Source of the DNA: a virus
IMG/VR virus record: IMGVR_UViG_3300028805_000116
Reading direction: 5' to 3' (one strand)
Length of the DNA stretch: 64,000 nucleotides
Under the pieces are notes generated by a model that was not told where the DNA came from, ran no database searches, and worked only from the letters and a program-made list of their open reading frames with translations. Shown piece by piece: positions 25,723 through 39,657 of the stretch. Both the position numbers and the translations under genes were made by a program. Position 1 is the first letter of the stretch, and each line of letters starts with the position of its first letter.

Positions 25723-27228
25723 ATGGCAGGAACACAAAGTTGTAATCCTTGTGATGCTACTGGATTAGCTGAGAAAAGTGTAGCTTTTCAGGACATCCTA
25801 AACCCATTGTACGCTAATGGTAGAGTTCTCGAAACTTGGGGACAGTATGAAGATTTCCTAAGATATGAGACAATTTTCTTCGATGTAGTACCTCAAAAAG
25901 ACCCTACAACAGGAGAAGTATATGTAACTTATAAATTCAAAGATGGTTTAGCTGCTTCTAGCGAACTAACTTTGTTAGACAACGAATGTAAAGTTGGATG
26001 GTATGAACCAAAAATCTGTGGAGAAGAAACTGAAATTACTGAAGTTAACGGAAAAGAAATTACTGTTGCTTCTTTGGCAAAATTAGGTGGAGTTAACAGA
26101 GATTCTACAATCCTAGTTACTAGACAAGGAGGAAATCCAGTTAATGGACTTTACATTGAATCAGTTGCTTTAGTTGATGAAACTGACCCTAAAGGACCTG
26201 GAGTTATCACTTTGAAAGAAGCTCCTTCAGTTCAATTAGCCGCTGGTGACAAAGTTAGAAGAGGTGCTTACTTAAGAGACAGAAACTGTAATACAGAAAT
26301 CTTCAATCCAGTAAGACTTGGAGATATGGATTACTATTCAGCTTTCTTCAGAACTATCTCTATCTCTCACGAATTCAATTGGTGTGATTTGAACAAAGAC
26401 TACCTTATCTCTGGAGGAATCCAAGCTATCGTAGATGCTATGTTCAGAAAAGGAGATGTAGAAGCTATTAAAGAATTCTTACACGCTGCTTTCTATGACA
26501 GAAACATTCAAGTTGGTGATTATAAATGGGAGACTATGGGACTATTCCCAGCTCTTGCTGCTGCTCAAGACGGAGGACTTAAGATTGCTTTCGACCTTGA
26601 AGGATGTTGCGACCCAGCCGCTTCTGAATGTACAAATGCTAGACATCAAATTCAAGCTTTCTTAGATATCGTTATTAATAAAGCTATGATTTCTGGAATG
26701 TACAAAAACAACGTAACAGTTGCTATGAACAAAAAAGCTATGGAAGGACTTCATATGATGCAAGGATATTTCCAAGATTATGGAAATGTTGGATTCTTAG
26801 ATGGAAGCAATTATGACATCGATGTTGGATTACCAAGAATTAGATATGCTGGTATTACTATCACTTTCAAATATCTTCCAATCCTTAACGATTTCGACTT
26901 CTCTGTAATGTTGACAATCCCTGAAGAAAAAGTTGGAGTATTCCAACCTAAATATACTGTAGTTGATACTAACGGTAAAGTTGTACAAAACGCTAATATT
27001 AACGGATACATCTCAAAAGGAACTCCTATGTTGAGATACTTACCAGATAATCCTTACAACATCTGAGCTCAGCTTGGAGAATGTAACAAGATTGTTGGAG
27101 ATGTTAAATTCGCTGTAGTATGGATGTGAGTTGATAAAGGAGCTTACAGATTCATTAAGAACTTTGGAAAATGTGTATTGAACAGTTGTCCAGTATGCGG
27201 ATTAGATGATGTAGATTTCTTAGACTAA
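25723..27228 (+). CDS. Putative major capsid protein, ~501 aa
   Basis: Track ORF 25723-27066 has no TGA over 447 codons. It continues through 2 TGA to TAA 27226-27228. Follows the scaffold-like gene and is followed by a strong terminator. Near-absence of TGA suggests a highly expressed gene. Confidence 0.45.
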
Positions 27229-27242
27229 TCTAGTCTTTCAAA

Positions 27243-27282
27243 AATGGGAGGGCTTTAATTAGCCTTCCCTTTTCTTTAATTA
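27243..27282 (+). terminator. Rho-independent terminator (gggagggc-tttaatta-gccttccc + T-run)
   Basis: 8-bp GC-rich stem with one mismatch followed by ttttctttaatt. Confidence 0.55.
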
Positions 27283-27298
27283 AAATAAACAAAGCTGT

Positions 27299-27961
27299 AT
27301 GAAGGTAAAAGACATATATAAGTGAACTAATATAACGGATTCTGGGTGTGGTTCGAAGATATCCAGATTTAATGATATCTTGTCCAGCTTTGCAGTTGAG
27401 GTGTATGATTTTTATCCTAGGAAAATCATACAAAGATTTGCCCCAGCCGATTGTAAGGCACAAATAACTACGAAGTATCCTATCGCTAAAGTGTGGGGCT
27501 TTTTCTGAAAAGGATGTGAAGTTTGATGTAGTATGGACCCTAAAGACTGTTGTGCTTGATATAGAAGACTTCTTATGGAGGAAATGTATTGAGACAATCT
27601 AGACCAAAATAGTTACGCTATAGTATATGATGATGCAGGAGATGATGATGATAATCTAGATGAGTTTTCTGATAAAATCATATTCAAACTTCCTAAATGA
27701 TTAACAGATGCTTTTGTGGTTTATTCTAAAGGTTTCCCTAAAGTAAAATCTTTAGATGATGATATTGATATAGATAGATATACATTATCTCTGTTGAGAT
27801 TATATATGAAAAGTGAATATGCTTTAGACGGAGAAAATGATATTAATATGTCTGCAAACTATCTTAGTAGGTTTCAGACAAAATTAAAAAGATATAAGGA
27901 AATGTATGATAATAATATAAAATACATTGTTCCTTGAGCTTTAAATGCTGCTAATAAATAA
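27299..27961 (+). CDS. Hypothetical virion protein, 220 aa. Asp-rich central stretch.
   Basis: ATG 27299. Same frame as track ORF 27716-27937. TAA 27959-27961. Confidence 0.45.
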
Positions 27962-27963
27962 GA

Positions 27964-30291
27964 ATGGCACAACAAGATAAAACAGACTTTTATTGGAATG
28001 GGGAGCTTGCTGGTGCTGTAAATAACCTATACTATGATTTAATTAATGTAGATGTGGTACACGTACCATATGCTACAAATCATAGAAATTCCTCATTCTT
28101 TTTAAAAACAAGACTCCCATATGGTATTGATGAAATATGGAGTGAATGACAAGATACCGCTTGATATGAAGTTACAGATGTGAAAATCGTCTGGGATGAT
28201 AATTGTAGTAAAGAAGATTGAACGGCTTATGCCTTATGAAAAAAATGAAAAGAAAAAGCTATCTTTGCCACTCAAGTCCATAATTGATGCGTATGAGTAA
28301 CTTCTTCGTGAGAGACTATGCCGTTCTTTAATTGCTCTAAATGATGCCACGCCTGAGAGGATGACCGTGATTATTGTCCAGATTTAAGTAATGAGGATGA
28401 ATGTTCTGATTGGAAATTATTTGTTACAGATTTCGTAAAATGAACTAGACGAGATTGAAAAACATTAGTAAATGCAAATGCCTGAGAAACTATTTCTGAT
28501 GATGTTTGAATCCATACTTGAATACAAATAAATAGATATAATCTTTGAACTACATTATGATATTTTTCTGATGAAAATATAGAGAATAAAAAAGGTACAT
28601 TTCAATGACCTATAACAACTCCTGGGAATTATTTATTAGTATATGATTCTCAGAATGGTTCTGAAGACTGATTTGCTTGACAGGTCAGAATGATTACAGG
28701 AACAGAAGATTTTTGAGGGATAACTAGAATCCAATTAGATTTGCCTTGGTCCTGATTTGGAGTTATTGACACTTCATCATTAAGGCAATGAGAAGAAAAA
28801 ATGCAAATGTGATGACACGTAAGTTATGCTGTCTTTACAGATTGGTGAGATGTTATATGATTCGCAGATAATAATAAAATATATTTATTACCTACTCCTT
28901 GAGACTGTAAGGCTATCAGACCTTATATACAAGAAACTTGAGGTGTAAAATCAGATATTGTATCAGTGGTAAGTACTAATGGTAAAATATTTATATTAGA
29001 TAGTAAATGATACGTACAATATAATAGCTGATGATGATGACTAGATAAATTCCATATTAATGCAGAAATGGATGCTTGAGAGAATAAATCTTCTCTTATT
29101 GCATATAGAGATATGATATTAGCCTTTTGAAGAAAAAATATATCTATATGAGTCCCAGATGAACAAAATATGCTTTGGACAATGTATAAACAATCTGCAA
29201 CAATATGAGCCTGGAGTAGATATTCTTATAACGAATATGATTGAGCTTTGGTGTTAGTATCTAACGACAAAAGGCTTTTGCGTTTATGAGTAGAATGAAA
29301 TGTGTGAAGATATATGTTACAAATGGAGGATATATGAGAAAAATTTAATTGAAAACTCTCAGCATTAATTCCTTGAGATGAGGTATTTGTTTGAAGCGAT
29401 AATAATATTCTTAGAATATTTGTAAATACAAAGCCTAAGCCATATGAGAAATCTCCATCATATCAACGTGCTGACTTTTCGTCAGGGTGAAATACTATGA
29501 CACATATATATAAATATGACACATTATTTCAGGTTTACACAGAAGACCACGTAAAATGAAACCTTATAAAAGGACTATATGAATGAATATATTATTGAGA
29601 ACGCTGAATTTATAATAGGATAGATTGAATATATGATATTTGATGAAATGATTTTCAAGTAGATATATCTGCATATTTAATAGAAAATGAAAATAATTGA
29701 CTAGAATGACATCCTACTTTATTCAATCTAGCAAAATTAAATAGGCTGATAACTATTCTCTGACCTTGAGTATACTCTAATAACTCTAAGATAAAGATAA
29801 CAACATATTCAAAATGAATTGGATATGTATACGAATTTCCTATCAATTGAGATTGAAATGATTGGGTGTGACTTATAACAAGCTATTATTTAAACGAATC
29901 ACTGAGCAGTGACGAGAGAGAAAAAATAGAATGTATGCTTACAACATTACAAGATAGCCAAAAACAATATCAACCTAATTGTCCTAATTGAGATGTTCTA
30001 AGACAATACATTACTCAAACAACTCCTTGGTGTAATAGTTATACGGAGATGTTAACTGAAAGCCACGGTGTTTGTATAAACGATAAGTTATATGAAATCG
30101 CACCAACAATGCCTCTCACTACTGATTTATGAGAAAACCAGCAATATTCAACACAAATAAAATTAGAATTAATATGATGAAAAGGAGATATAATCTGTTT
30201 CGGTTGATGGTTAGCTGAACTATTTATTGCTCCTTTATTCCAAAAGTGACCAGATTGAGAATATCAACTACAGCCTAATACAGACTGTTAA
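27964..30291 (+). CDS. Hypothetical structural protein, ~775 aa. Tail tube or adaptor candidate.
   Basis: Track ORF 27964-28149 extends through many TGA to TAA 30289-30291. Frame is consistent mod 3. Confidence 0.45.
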
Positions 30292-30338
30292 ATTCTTATT
30301 GGTTAATCTGGCTTATTTATTTTTATGTTTAAATACAT

Positions 30339-30695
30339 ATGAACGAATTAGATGCCATACAAGAACAAATGGCCGCTCTAGGTATTGATGTGTCTCCAGA
30401 GGCACAGCAGGCCCCTATGTATGACGAATCTGCTATGCTTACTCCAGAAGATGAAGCAATGTTCGCTCCTGGGTGAGAATACGCTATTGAAGAAGAAATT
30501 CCAACAGAGACTATGCCAGCAGATGTTATGCCAGCAGAGGGAGAGCTTCCACAAGAAATGCCAGCTTATGATATCGAAGAGCTTAAAATAGACATCCAAC
30601 CTATGTTACAATGACTTCCTAAGGAAGAATTTGCTAACTTAATTATTTGGATGGCAGAACAATTTAATTTATTAAATGCAGAAAACAATGCCTAG
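30339..30695 (+). CDS. Acidic hypothetical protein, 118 aa
   Basis: ATG 30339, TAG 30693-30695. Overlaps the next start (ATGCCTAG). Confidence 0.45.
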
Positions 30696-32307
30696 ACAAA
30701 GAAAACCACAAAGTGGTGCACAAAGATTTTGAACTGGAAGGGTAGCCAATACAACCACTGGTTCAACTACAACACAAGCTGTTTATAGAATTCCTACAGG
30801 GAATAAAAGAGATTGTGATGTAAGAAATTTCGAAGTTACTTGAACTTCTCCAATTGTTGTAGCTATCGAATGAGAGAATATCTATAGAATTTCTCTTGAT
30901 ATGGCTGCATTAGAAAGCGCCATAGAAGATATGAATTTAGACCTATCTAATGTTACGTTACAAACAGTTAATTGAGATGTAACTTTTACAGGTAACATAA
31001 CTGCAGAAGGAGAATTTACTTGAACTACAATCACAGCTACAACTTGAAATATTACTAATATAGTTTCAAATTCAATCACTGCAGATGCTGTTTCTACAGA
31101 CGATTTAAATACAGACTGACTTACTGTAACTAATAATGCTACAGTAGGTGGAACTCTATGAGTGGAGGGGGCTACAACATTAGGTAGCACATTAGCTGTT
31201 GATGATGTAATCTTGGCTAATTCAGATTTAACTGTAGCTTGAACTACAACGACTAACTCAATCGTAGCTAATTCTTGAAATATATCAGATTTAACTTCTA
31301 CTTCTATTTCAACTTGAACATTAGATGCTTCAACTTCTATTTCTACAGATTGAACATTAGATGTGACTTGAGCTTCTACTTTATGAGAAGTTAGTGCTAC
31401 AAATATTTCAGCTTCTTGAAATGTTACAGCTGGAGGAGACTTAACTGTAACTTGAGCTTCTACATTTACAGGAAATGTAACAGCTTGAAATATTTCTGCT
31501 GAAGATGTTTCTGTAGATGATTTAACTGTTACAGGTAATTCAACAGTTACAGGAACTCAGACAATTAATTGAGCTACAATCATAAATGATACTCTTACAG
31601 TAACTTGAGCTACTAACTTATGAGGTAATGTATCTACTACAGGAAACTTATCTGTAGCAGGTAATTCAACTATTACAGGAACTCAGACTGTTACTGGAGA
31701 TAGTATCTTTAGTGGAAATGTATCTGTTACAGAAAACTTAACTGTTGCAGGTGATGCTACTGTTACAGATGACCTTACTGTAAACGGTACTACACATTTA
31801 AAAGGACTTGAAACTGATTGAAGTGTTGATATTGATGGAACACTTAGAGTAACTTGAGCTATCGATGGATTGAATTGACTTACAGTTACAGGTCAAGTTG
31901 AAAGTGATACAGTTAGAACAGGTGAGGTAATTGCTAATGAAGCTAGAATTTCTGAGGGATTATATCTTTCTCAATGAGCTGAAGCCCCTGATTTTGTTCT
32001 TCAATCTGAAAAAGGACAACCTAATTGAGTTGCTCCATTAGATGCTAATGGACAGATTGATACAAGTTATTTACCTCCTGTATATACTTCTGCTATAGTT
32101 AAGATGTGAGTATGAGTATTCTCTAACTCAGACACATCTGTTGTAGTAGATGCTGATATTAAAGCAGATAGCTTCGTTATCATATCTAACTATCAAGATA
32201 TCACTTGAGACTTAAATGAAACTATTAATGTATGACAGCTTACTGTTGTAAGTAATCAAATAGAAACTTGAAGTTATAAATATATTGTAGTTAATGCTTT
32301 GAGTTAA
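30688..32307 (+). CDS. Tail fibre protein, ~539 aa. Beta-helical G/T/S repeats LTVTGNSTVTGTQT. C-terminal PLDANGQIDTSYLP motif.
   Basis: ATG 30688 to TAA 32305-32307. Repeat glycines are TGA-encoded. The xLDxNGxIxxxxLP motif is typical of phage fibres. Confidence 0.6.
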
Positions 32308-32334
32308 TTTTATTTCCTAATCTAAATACACAAT

Positions 32335-34080
32335 ATGCCAAGAGCAAGATTAGTATTCGATGGGGACTGAGTGTATACAGAGAAGGAAGCACGCATCCAT
32401 AAACTAACCCAGGAAACAGAAAATAAAATAGATAATATCCCTGGGGTAGTTGACGATGTGAACTCTACTTCTACGACAGACGCTTTGTCTGCGAATATGG
32501 GTAAGAGATTACAGGACCAGATTAACCAATTAACTTGATTAAATAAATTTTTATCTACTTGGGATTGTACGACTGGGCTTCCTGTTACAGACCCATCTGC
32601 AACTCCATTTACATATGCAAGTGGTAACTATTATTTAGTTGCTACTGTCGCTTGAGAATGAGGAACTAATTATAAACCTCATTGAAGTACATTTACTCCT
32701 TGAGTAGCTTCTACAGCAGTAGAAACTAATGAAGTAAATGTAAATGATATGTATATCTTTGATTGAAGTCAATGGATATTACAAGTAAATAAAGTAAAAG
32801 AAATAATTGTTGATGATGGACTTTCTCCTGATTCAACTAACGCTGTAGAAAATAGAGCTATCTATAATGCTCTAACTACTAAGCAAGATAAGATATTAGA
32901 TTTGGCTGATATTAGAGCAGGTGCCGCTTTAGGTATGACATCTATTCAGCCTTGAGATAATATAACAGAATTGACAAATAACGTAGGTTATCAAACTGCT
33001 GGAGATGTCGCTTCTGCCATAAATGACGCTATTGAATGAAGTAAATATGTTTGACCTACGGCACCCGACCCAGCTACAGAGTGAATGCTTTGGTATGATA
33101 CAACAAACGATGTACTAAAAAGTTACGACTGAACTAACTGGAATGAGGTTGGTAGTGATGCTGCTGATATTAACACAAAAACATTCTACCTATCAAATAC
33201 AGGAGATACAACTAATGCAAAAGCTGCATTGGATTGGTACTTGGCAGGGAAAAATCCTATTATTATATATAATAATACTGCATATATAGTAACTCCAAAT
33301 GCATATTCACAAACTGCTCTATGCTTTTGTGCAGCAAGTGTATATGCAGGTCGTGATAACTCTAAAACTACGAATTGAGTATTAACACTTGCAATAATCT
33401 ATAGTTGAGATACAGTTACTTCAATTCAAGCTGGTACAGCTGGTATAAGAGTACTTGAAACTGACAGAGATTATTCAACTCCATATACTCCTGAATATGA
33501 TTGAAGCCCAACTACAAAAAAATATGTAGACGATAAAGTTAAGAATGCTATAACTTCTTGAACTACAGCCCCTTCTAATCCAGTAGTTTGACAACTTTGG
33601 TATGATACAACTAATCATATCTTAAAAATATATAATTGAACAAGTTGGGTGCCTGTAGATACAGACACAACTTATACAGCAGGTACTAATGTACAGATAT
33701 CTAATCAAAATGTGATTTCTTCTACAGATACAACTTATACAGCTTGAACTTGATTATCTTTAAGTTGAACTGAATTTAATGTAAATACTAATGATATCGC
33801 AACGGTATCTTATGTTGATTGAAAGATATATATTTGATGAAGTGCTCCTGGAGTATGGTCAGAATGAATGCTTTGGTTTGATACATCAGTTAGCTCATTA
33901 AAGGTTTATTTATGATTTATGCCTTGACGAAAAGTAGTAGCTACAAAAGATGATGTAAATAATATAATAAGTGATGCTGCATTCTCTGCTTCTTGGGATT
34001 GAGACACAACACACGCACCTAGTAAGAATGCAATATATGATGTACTAGGAGACGTAGAAACTTTACTTGCTAACCTATAA
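32335..34080 (+). CDS. Tail fibre protein, ~581 aa, with three Phage_fiber_2-like repeats (GMLWYDTTNDVLKSYDGTNW, QLWYDTTNHILKIYNGTSW, GMLWFDTSVSSLKVY).
   Basis: ATG 32335 to TAA 34078-34080. Repeated WYDT...Y.G..W motif. Confidence 0.55.
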
Positions 34081-34085
34081 GAGAA

Positions 34086-34775
34086 ATGACAATAGCGAGT
34101 GAAATAACAAGATTACAATGAGCTAAGGCTGATATAAAAAGCTCTATAGAATGAAAGTGAGTAAGCGTTCCTGCTTCTGCTAAATTAGATACATATTCGA
34201 CATATATAGACCAAATAGAGAGATGAGACCCTAGATGAAAGTTTGTAGTAGGTACTATTCTTAGGACTTGAGTGATTACAAATATTTCAAGTAGTGATGC
34301 TGTATATTTCTTTTGATGGGAGATGTCTTATGTAGATAATGATGTAATGATACTATGTCGCCCTTGGATTTATGATAATTATTCTTCTAGTTGAAGTTCT
34401 GATTATACTGTCAACTTAGATTGTTTTGCTTTAGATTGAACTACATTAGATTTTAATAGGTGAGGATGAAGCCATTGAAATTTTCTGATTAATTGAAGTT
34501 TAAGTGCCAAATCTTATAAATGCTATAGAGAATGAGATATAGTCCATTTTCAATTAAATTATGAGTTCTATCGAAGCGAATATAGCGATACATATTATGT
34601 GATGGATGCGATGTATAACATAAGCACAAAGGCTTGGAGTTCAAACGAATGGACGGTAGATAGAGATTTCAGGTTAGATAATTCTTGAAATATGAATTTA
34701 TATAATGCCTCTTGGGAATGATGTACTTCTTGAAAGTGTACTCCTATTATAAAACGGACACCAGTTCTTAGTTAA
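34086..34775 (+). CDS. Tail-associated hypothetical protein, 229 aa
   Basis: ATG 34086 to TAA 34773-34775. Confidence 0.4.
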
Positions 34776-34804
34776 AATAATTTAATTAATAATTTTAAAA
34801 TATT

Positions 34805-37800
34805 ATGGCAAAAGCACGTCAACAGTATTTTGCAGATGAAGTAACTTTACAGAAAGAGAACAGGGATTTCGCTATACAACCTGAACTCGTTGAGAAACTA
34901 GAAAGTATAGAAGCTTGAGCTCAAGTTAATGTAATCGAAACAGTTAAAGTGAACTGAGAGGCATTAACTCCAGATGAGAATAAAGCTGTTGATGTGAGTG
35001 TCCCTTTAGTAGAGGACACTCTTTATTCAACAGACCCAGATAAGGCTCTATCTGCAAATCAATGAAAAGTATTATATGAATATATACAAAATTTAGCCTC
35101 AAGAGGTAGATATCTTTCTAACTGGAATACAGTTACTTGATTGCCTACTACTAATCCAGTTGATAATCCATATCAATATCGTGCTTGAGACTATTATGTA
35201 GTAAGTAATGTAGCTGCCGAAGGCGGTACTAACTATAGACCTAATGGTAGTACTTATTCTTGGGGAGTAGCTTCAACTACAGTAGAAACTGAAACTGTAA
35301 AAGTTTGAGATTATTATACATATGATTGACAGCATTGGCTTTTACTTGTAAATACGGCTAGAGAAATTGCTATAGATAGTAGTTTATCTACAACAAGTAC
35401 AAACCCTGTAGAGAATAAAGTAATTACAAATGCTCTAAATACTAAACAGAATAATATCACAGATTTAGAAACTATACGTAGTTGAGCTGCTTTATGAGCA
35501 ACAGCATTACAACCCTGAGCTAGTCTATCAGAATTATCTTGAACTTCTGATAACATAACTCAATGAACTACAAATCTATTTATGACTACAGCTGAGAGAA
35601 GCAAATTATCTAATCAAAGCTGAGTTAATACTTGAGATGAAACTCAAACAACAATAAAAAATAAATTATGACAAGCGTCTGCTTCAACAGATGGTTATCT
35701 TACTTCAACAGATTGGAATACGTTTAATAATAAACAATGAGCCATTTCCGATTTAGAAACAATTAGAAGTAATGCCTCTGCTTGAAAGAATGCAAGTGAT
35801 ACAATAGCAACTTATGGAGATGTAGTTACACACGATGCTGATGAATTTGCCACAGCTTCACAATGAGCTAAGGCAGATACAGCATTACAAAATGGAGACA
35901 ATGTATCAGAGCTAGTTAATGATGCTTGATATATAACAGATGCTTATCACGACGATACAAAACAAGACAAATTAATAGCTTGAGCTAATATTCAAATTGC
36001 TGCAGATTGAAAAACAATTTCTTCTACAGATACAACATATGTAGCTTGAGACTTTGACATAAAAGACCTAGCTGATAGTACTTGACTTAGAACAGAATGG
36101 AGCTGAAAGCAAGATGAATTAATAGCTTGAGCTAATATCCAAATCGCCGCAGACTGAAAGACTATTAGTGCTACAGATACTAAATATACAGCTTGACCTG
36201 GTATTAGTATTTCAAATAATAATGTTATTTCTAATACACAGACAAGTGCTGAATGGTGAAACATCCAAGGAACACTAAGTAATCAAACAGACTTACAATT
36301 AGCTTTAGATGATAAACAAGATACTCTTACAGCTTGAGCCAATATACAAATAGCCCAAGACGGGACAATCTCTGCTACAGATACTAAATATACAGCCTGA
36401 ACTTGAATTTCAATTGATGCTAATAATGTAATAAGCAACACACAAACATCAGCTGAATGGTGAAACATAACTTGAACTCTTTCAGACCAAACAGACTTGC
36501 AAACTGCTTTGGATGCTAAGCAAGATGATTTAATTGCTTGAGCTAATATCCAAATCGCAGCAGATTGAAAAACAATCTCTGCAACAGATACTCAATATGT
36601 CGCTTCAGACTTTGATATTAAAGACTTAGCAGACTCTACAGGAAAGAGAGCTTCTTGGGATGCTAAACAGAATGCTATTTCAGACTTAGCTACGATTAGA
36701 AGTAATGCATCTACAGCTATTCAACCTAATGATAATGTTAGTGAATTAACAAATGATGCTGGTTACATTACAAGTGCAGATATTCCTACATTAGATACAG
36801 CTATGTCTGATAGTTCTACAAATGGAGTGCAGAATAAAGTAATTAAATCCTATGTAGATACTCAAGTACAAGAAGCTACAAGTGGTGCGGTGAGCGATAC
36901 AGCATATTGAACAAGTTGGAATTGAATTACAGGTATAGCTCCTTCTAAGAATGCTGTCTATGATAAGATTTCTGCTATGGATACAACTATAGCTTGAAAG
37001 CAAGCCACGATTAGTGATTTATCCACTATTAGAGCAGGAGCTTGAAAATGAGCTACAGCTGTACAGCCTTGAGACAATGTATCAACCCTTACAAATGATG
37101 CAGGCTTTATCACTAAAGCTGTAAGCGACTTAACAAATTATTATACTAAGAATGAAACATATACAAAATCTGAAGTAGCTGATTATGTAGCAAACTTTGC
37201 TTGATTTAAAGTAGTTGCACAGTTACCTACTACAGATATTAAAACAACAATAATTTATTTGCTTTGACCTGTTGGAACTTGAGCAGATAAATATGAAGAA
37301 TATATTTACTCAAATAATGCTTGGGTAAAGATATGAGAGACTTCTGTGGATTTAACAAATTACTTTAATACATCTACAGATAACTCAGATAGTATTACTC
37401 AAGGTTCTACTAATCTATTTCTAACAAGCGCAGAAAGAACTAAGCTTTCTAATACAAGTGGAACTAACACAGGAGATGAAACTAAAACAACTATCCAATC
37501 TAAGTTAGGTGCTGCGACTTCTAGTAATGATTGATATTTAAGTAGTGCTGATTGGTCGAAGTTTAATAGTAAGGCTGACACAACAATTATAAATGACACG
37601 GCTTATGCTTCTAGTTGGAATGCAGATACAACTCACGCCCCTACAAAGAATGCTGTGTATGATAAGCTGAATGCTATGGATACGACTATATCAGGTAAAG
37701 CTGATGCTACAGATGTAAATGTAAAATATTTTAAATTGTCCTCTACATCTGATACAACTCACGCACAGGAAGCTGTAGATTGGTTTTTAGCTTGAAAAAT

Positions 37801-39538
37801 TCCTGTTCTTCAAGTTGGAGATAATGATTTCTATTATTTAGATAGAAACGTTCCATTAGAATCAATTAATAATCCAACATTAACATTTTCAAATCAAAAT
37901 TATGAAAGCTATCAATATGTAATAATAGATGTATCTAATTGAACAGTAGATAGTATACGTACAGCAATTCAATCATTTGTGGCAACATCCTGAAATCAAA
38001 CAGTTAATTGACAAAAAACATTTGGGACTTCACCAATAGTTCCTTCTAAAACTTCTGATGCCACTAATACTTGAACAGCAATAGCAACAGAAGCACAGGT
38101 ATATAAGAAACAAGATAAACTAGCTACACAAACAGCTTATACATCTAAGGGTACTGCTAGCAAAGTACCTCAGATTACAACAAATAGTCTGTGACAGGTA
38201 ACTTGAATTACTGAGGTTGATATATCCTATCCTAGTCAAGTCTCAGATGTGGCTTATGCTTCTAGCTGGAACTGAGTTACAGGAACAGCTCCTTCAAAGA
38301 ATGCTGTCTACGATAAAATCTCTGCTATGGATACAACCATAGCTTGAAAACAAAATACTCTTTCAACACAAACTGCATATACTTCTAAATGAACTTCTAC
38401 TAAAGTCCCTCAGATAACAACTAACACTTTATGACAAGTAACTTGAATTACAGAAGTTGATATACAAGCTTGAGAAACTTACAACGCTTGAGAATGAATA
38501 GAAATCTGAAATGACTACTCAGCTATGCAATGACCTGCACCAGATGGTTTTCACGTGCCACTTAATACAGAATGGCAAGCTGTTTATGATGTATGGACAG
38601 CTTTAGGTGGATGAAGTTCAGACTGAACTAATTTCTGAATAGCATTAAAGTTGCCTTTCGCTGGTTACCGTGACGCCTCGTCTGCTGGTGTTTACAGTCA
38701 GGGTACCGACGGGAACTATTGGTCTTCTTCTCGTAGCGATGCGAATCGTGCCTACTACCTGTACTTATATTCGAATGCTCCTGACCCCCAGAGTTTCGAC
38801 TACCGTGCGTACGGTTTCTCTGTACGTTGTTTCAAGAACTCCCCAACTGTACCTACATCTTCTTGGACAAAACTATATTGAACAAGTATAGAAAGTTGAT
38901 GAATATTCTGGAGTAGTACAGATTGACTTATATCATTATCAAGCGACTGACAGACTTGGATAACAATAGCTGATAAGAACTTATGAGCCACAACTGTATG
39001 GAACAGCTGAGACACATTAAGTGAAGCTAATTGTGGTAAATATTTTCAACGATGAAATAATTATGGTTTCCCACGGACTTGAAGTGTAACAACTTCTTGA
39101 ACTCAAGTAGATGCTAGTAGTTATTGACCTTGAAATTATTACTCAAGTGATACATTCATAAAATATAATTGAAGATGGGACACAACAGATAATTGAAATC
39201 TTTGGTGATGAGTAACGTGAGTAGTAAGTAACGCTATCACAAACACAGGAGTACTTAGTGTGAATGGAGAGACTGGAGCAGTAAATCTGACTATACCAAC
39301 GATTAGTACAATAACAGTAACTCTGACTGCTGCTTGATGGTCTTCTAATGAGCAAACTGTTTCTGCTATAGGAGTTACTGCAAGCAACACAGTTATAGTT
39401 TCTCCTGCACCAAGTGATATAGCTGATTATGCTGACTGTGGTGTTTATTGTTCTGCTCAAGGTAGTGGAACTTTAACATTTGGATGTGATACAGCACCAG
39501 ATGGAGATATAGTAGTGAATGTACTAATAATGAGTTAA
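34805..39538 (+). CDS. Large tail fibre / receptor-binding protein, ~1577 aa. Many internal repeats (ANIQIAADGKTISATDTKYTAG..., SWNADTTHAPTKNAVYDK...). C-terminal FISUMP-like domain (GYRDASSAGVYSQGTDGNYWSSS...GFSVRCFKN).
   Basis: ATG 34805. Same frame as track ORF 38651-38881. TAA 39536-39538. Confidence 0.6.
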
Positions 39539-39550
39539 AAAAGTCTGATT

Positions 39551-39621
39551 TCTCCTATCGTTTAAGTCTAGGAACGCTACCAGAAAGGGTAGAAATGAGG
39601 GGTAAGAACTCTCTAGGAGAA
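39551..39621 (+). ncRNA. tRNA-like cloverleaf element, copy 1. 7-bp acceptor tctccta/taggaga, D-arm, anticodon-arm ctacc/ggtag with 6-nt loop, T-arm gaggg/ctctc. Flanked by direct repeats agtctgattt.
   Basis: Manual folding. Homologous to the copy at 41644-41714 with compensatory base changes in two stems. Confidence 0.4.
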
Positions 39622-39657
39622 AAGACTAGTCTGATTTATTTCTTATGTTTAATAATT

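Noticed and set aside
27330-27360. GGTTCGAAG word resembling a tRNA T-loop
   Set aside because: No flanking acceptor or anticodon arms can be drawn. It sits inside a good table-25 coding frame (27299-27961).
30378-30599. Overlapping sense/antisense track ORFs 30385-30591 (+) and 30378-30599 (-)
   Set aside because: Both are off-frame relative to the well-supported acidic-protein gene 30339-30695 and are artefacts of its codon composition.
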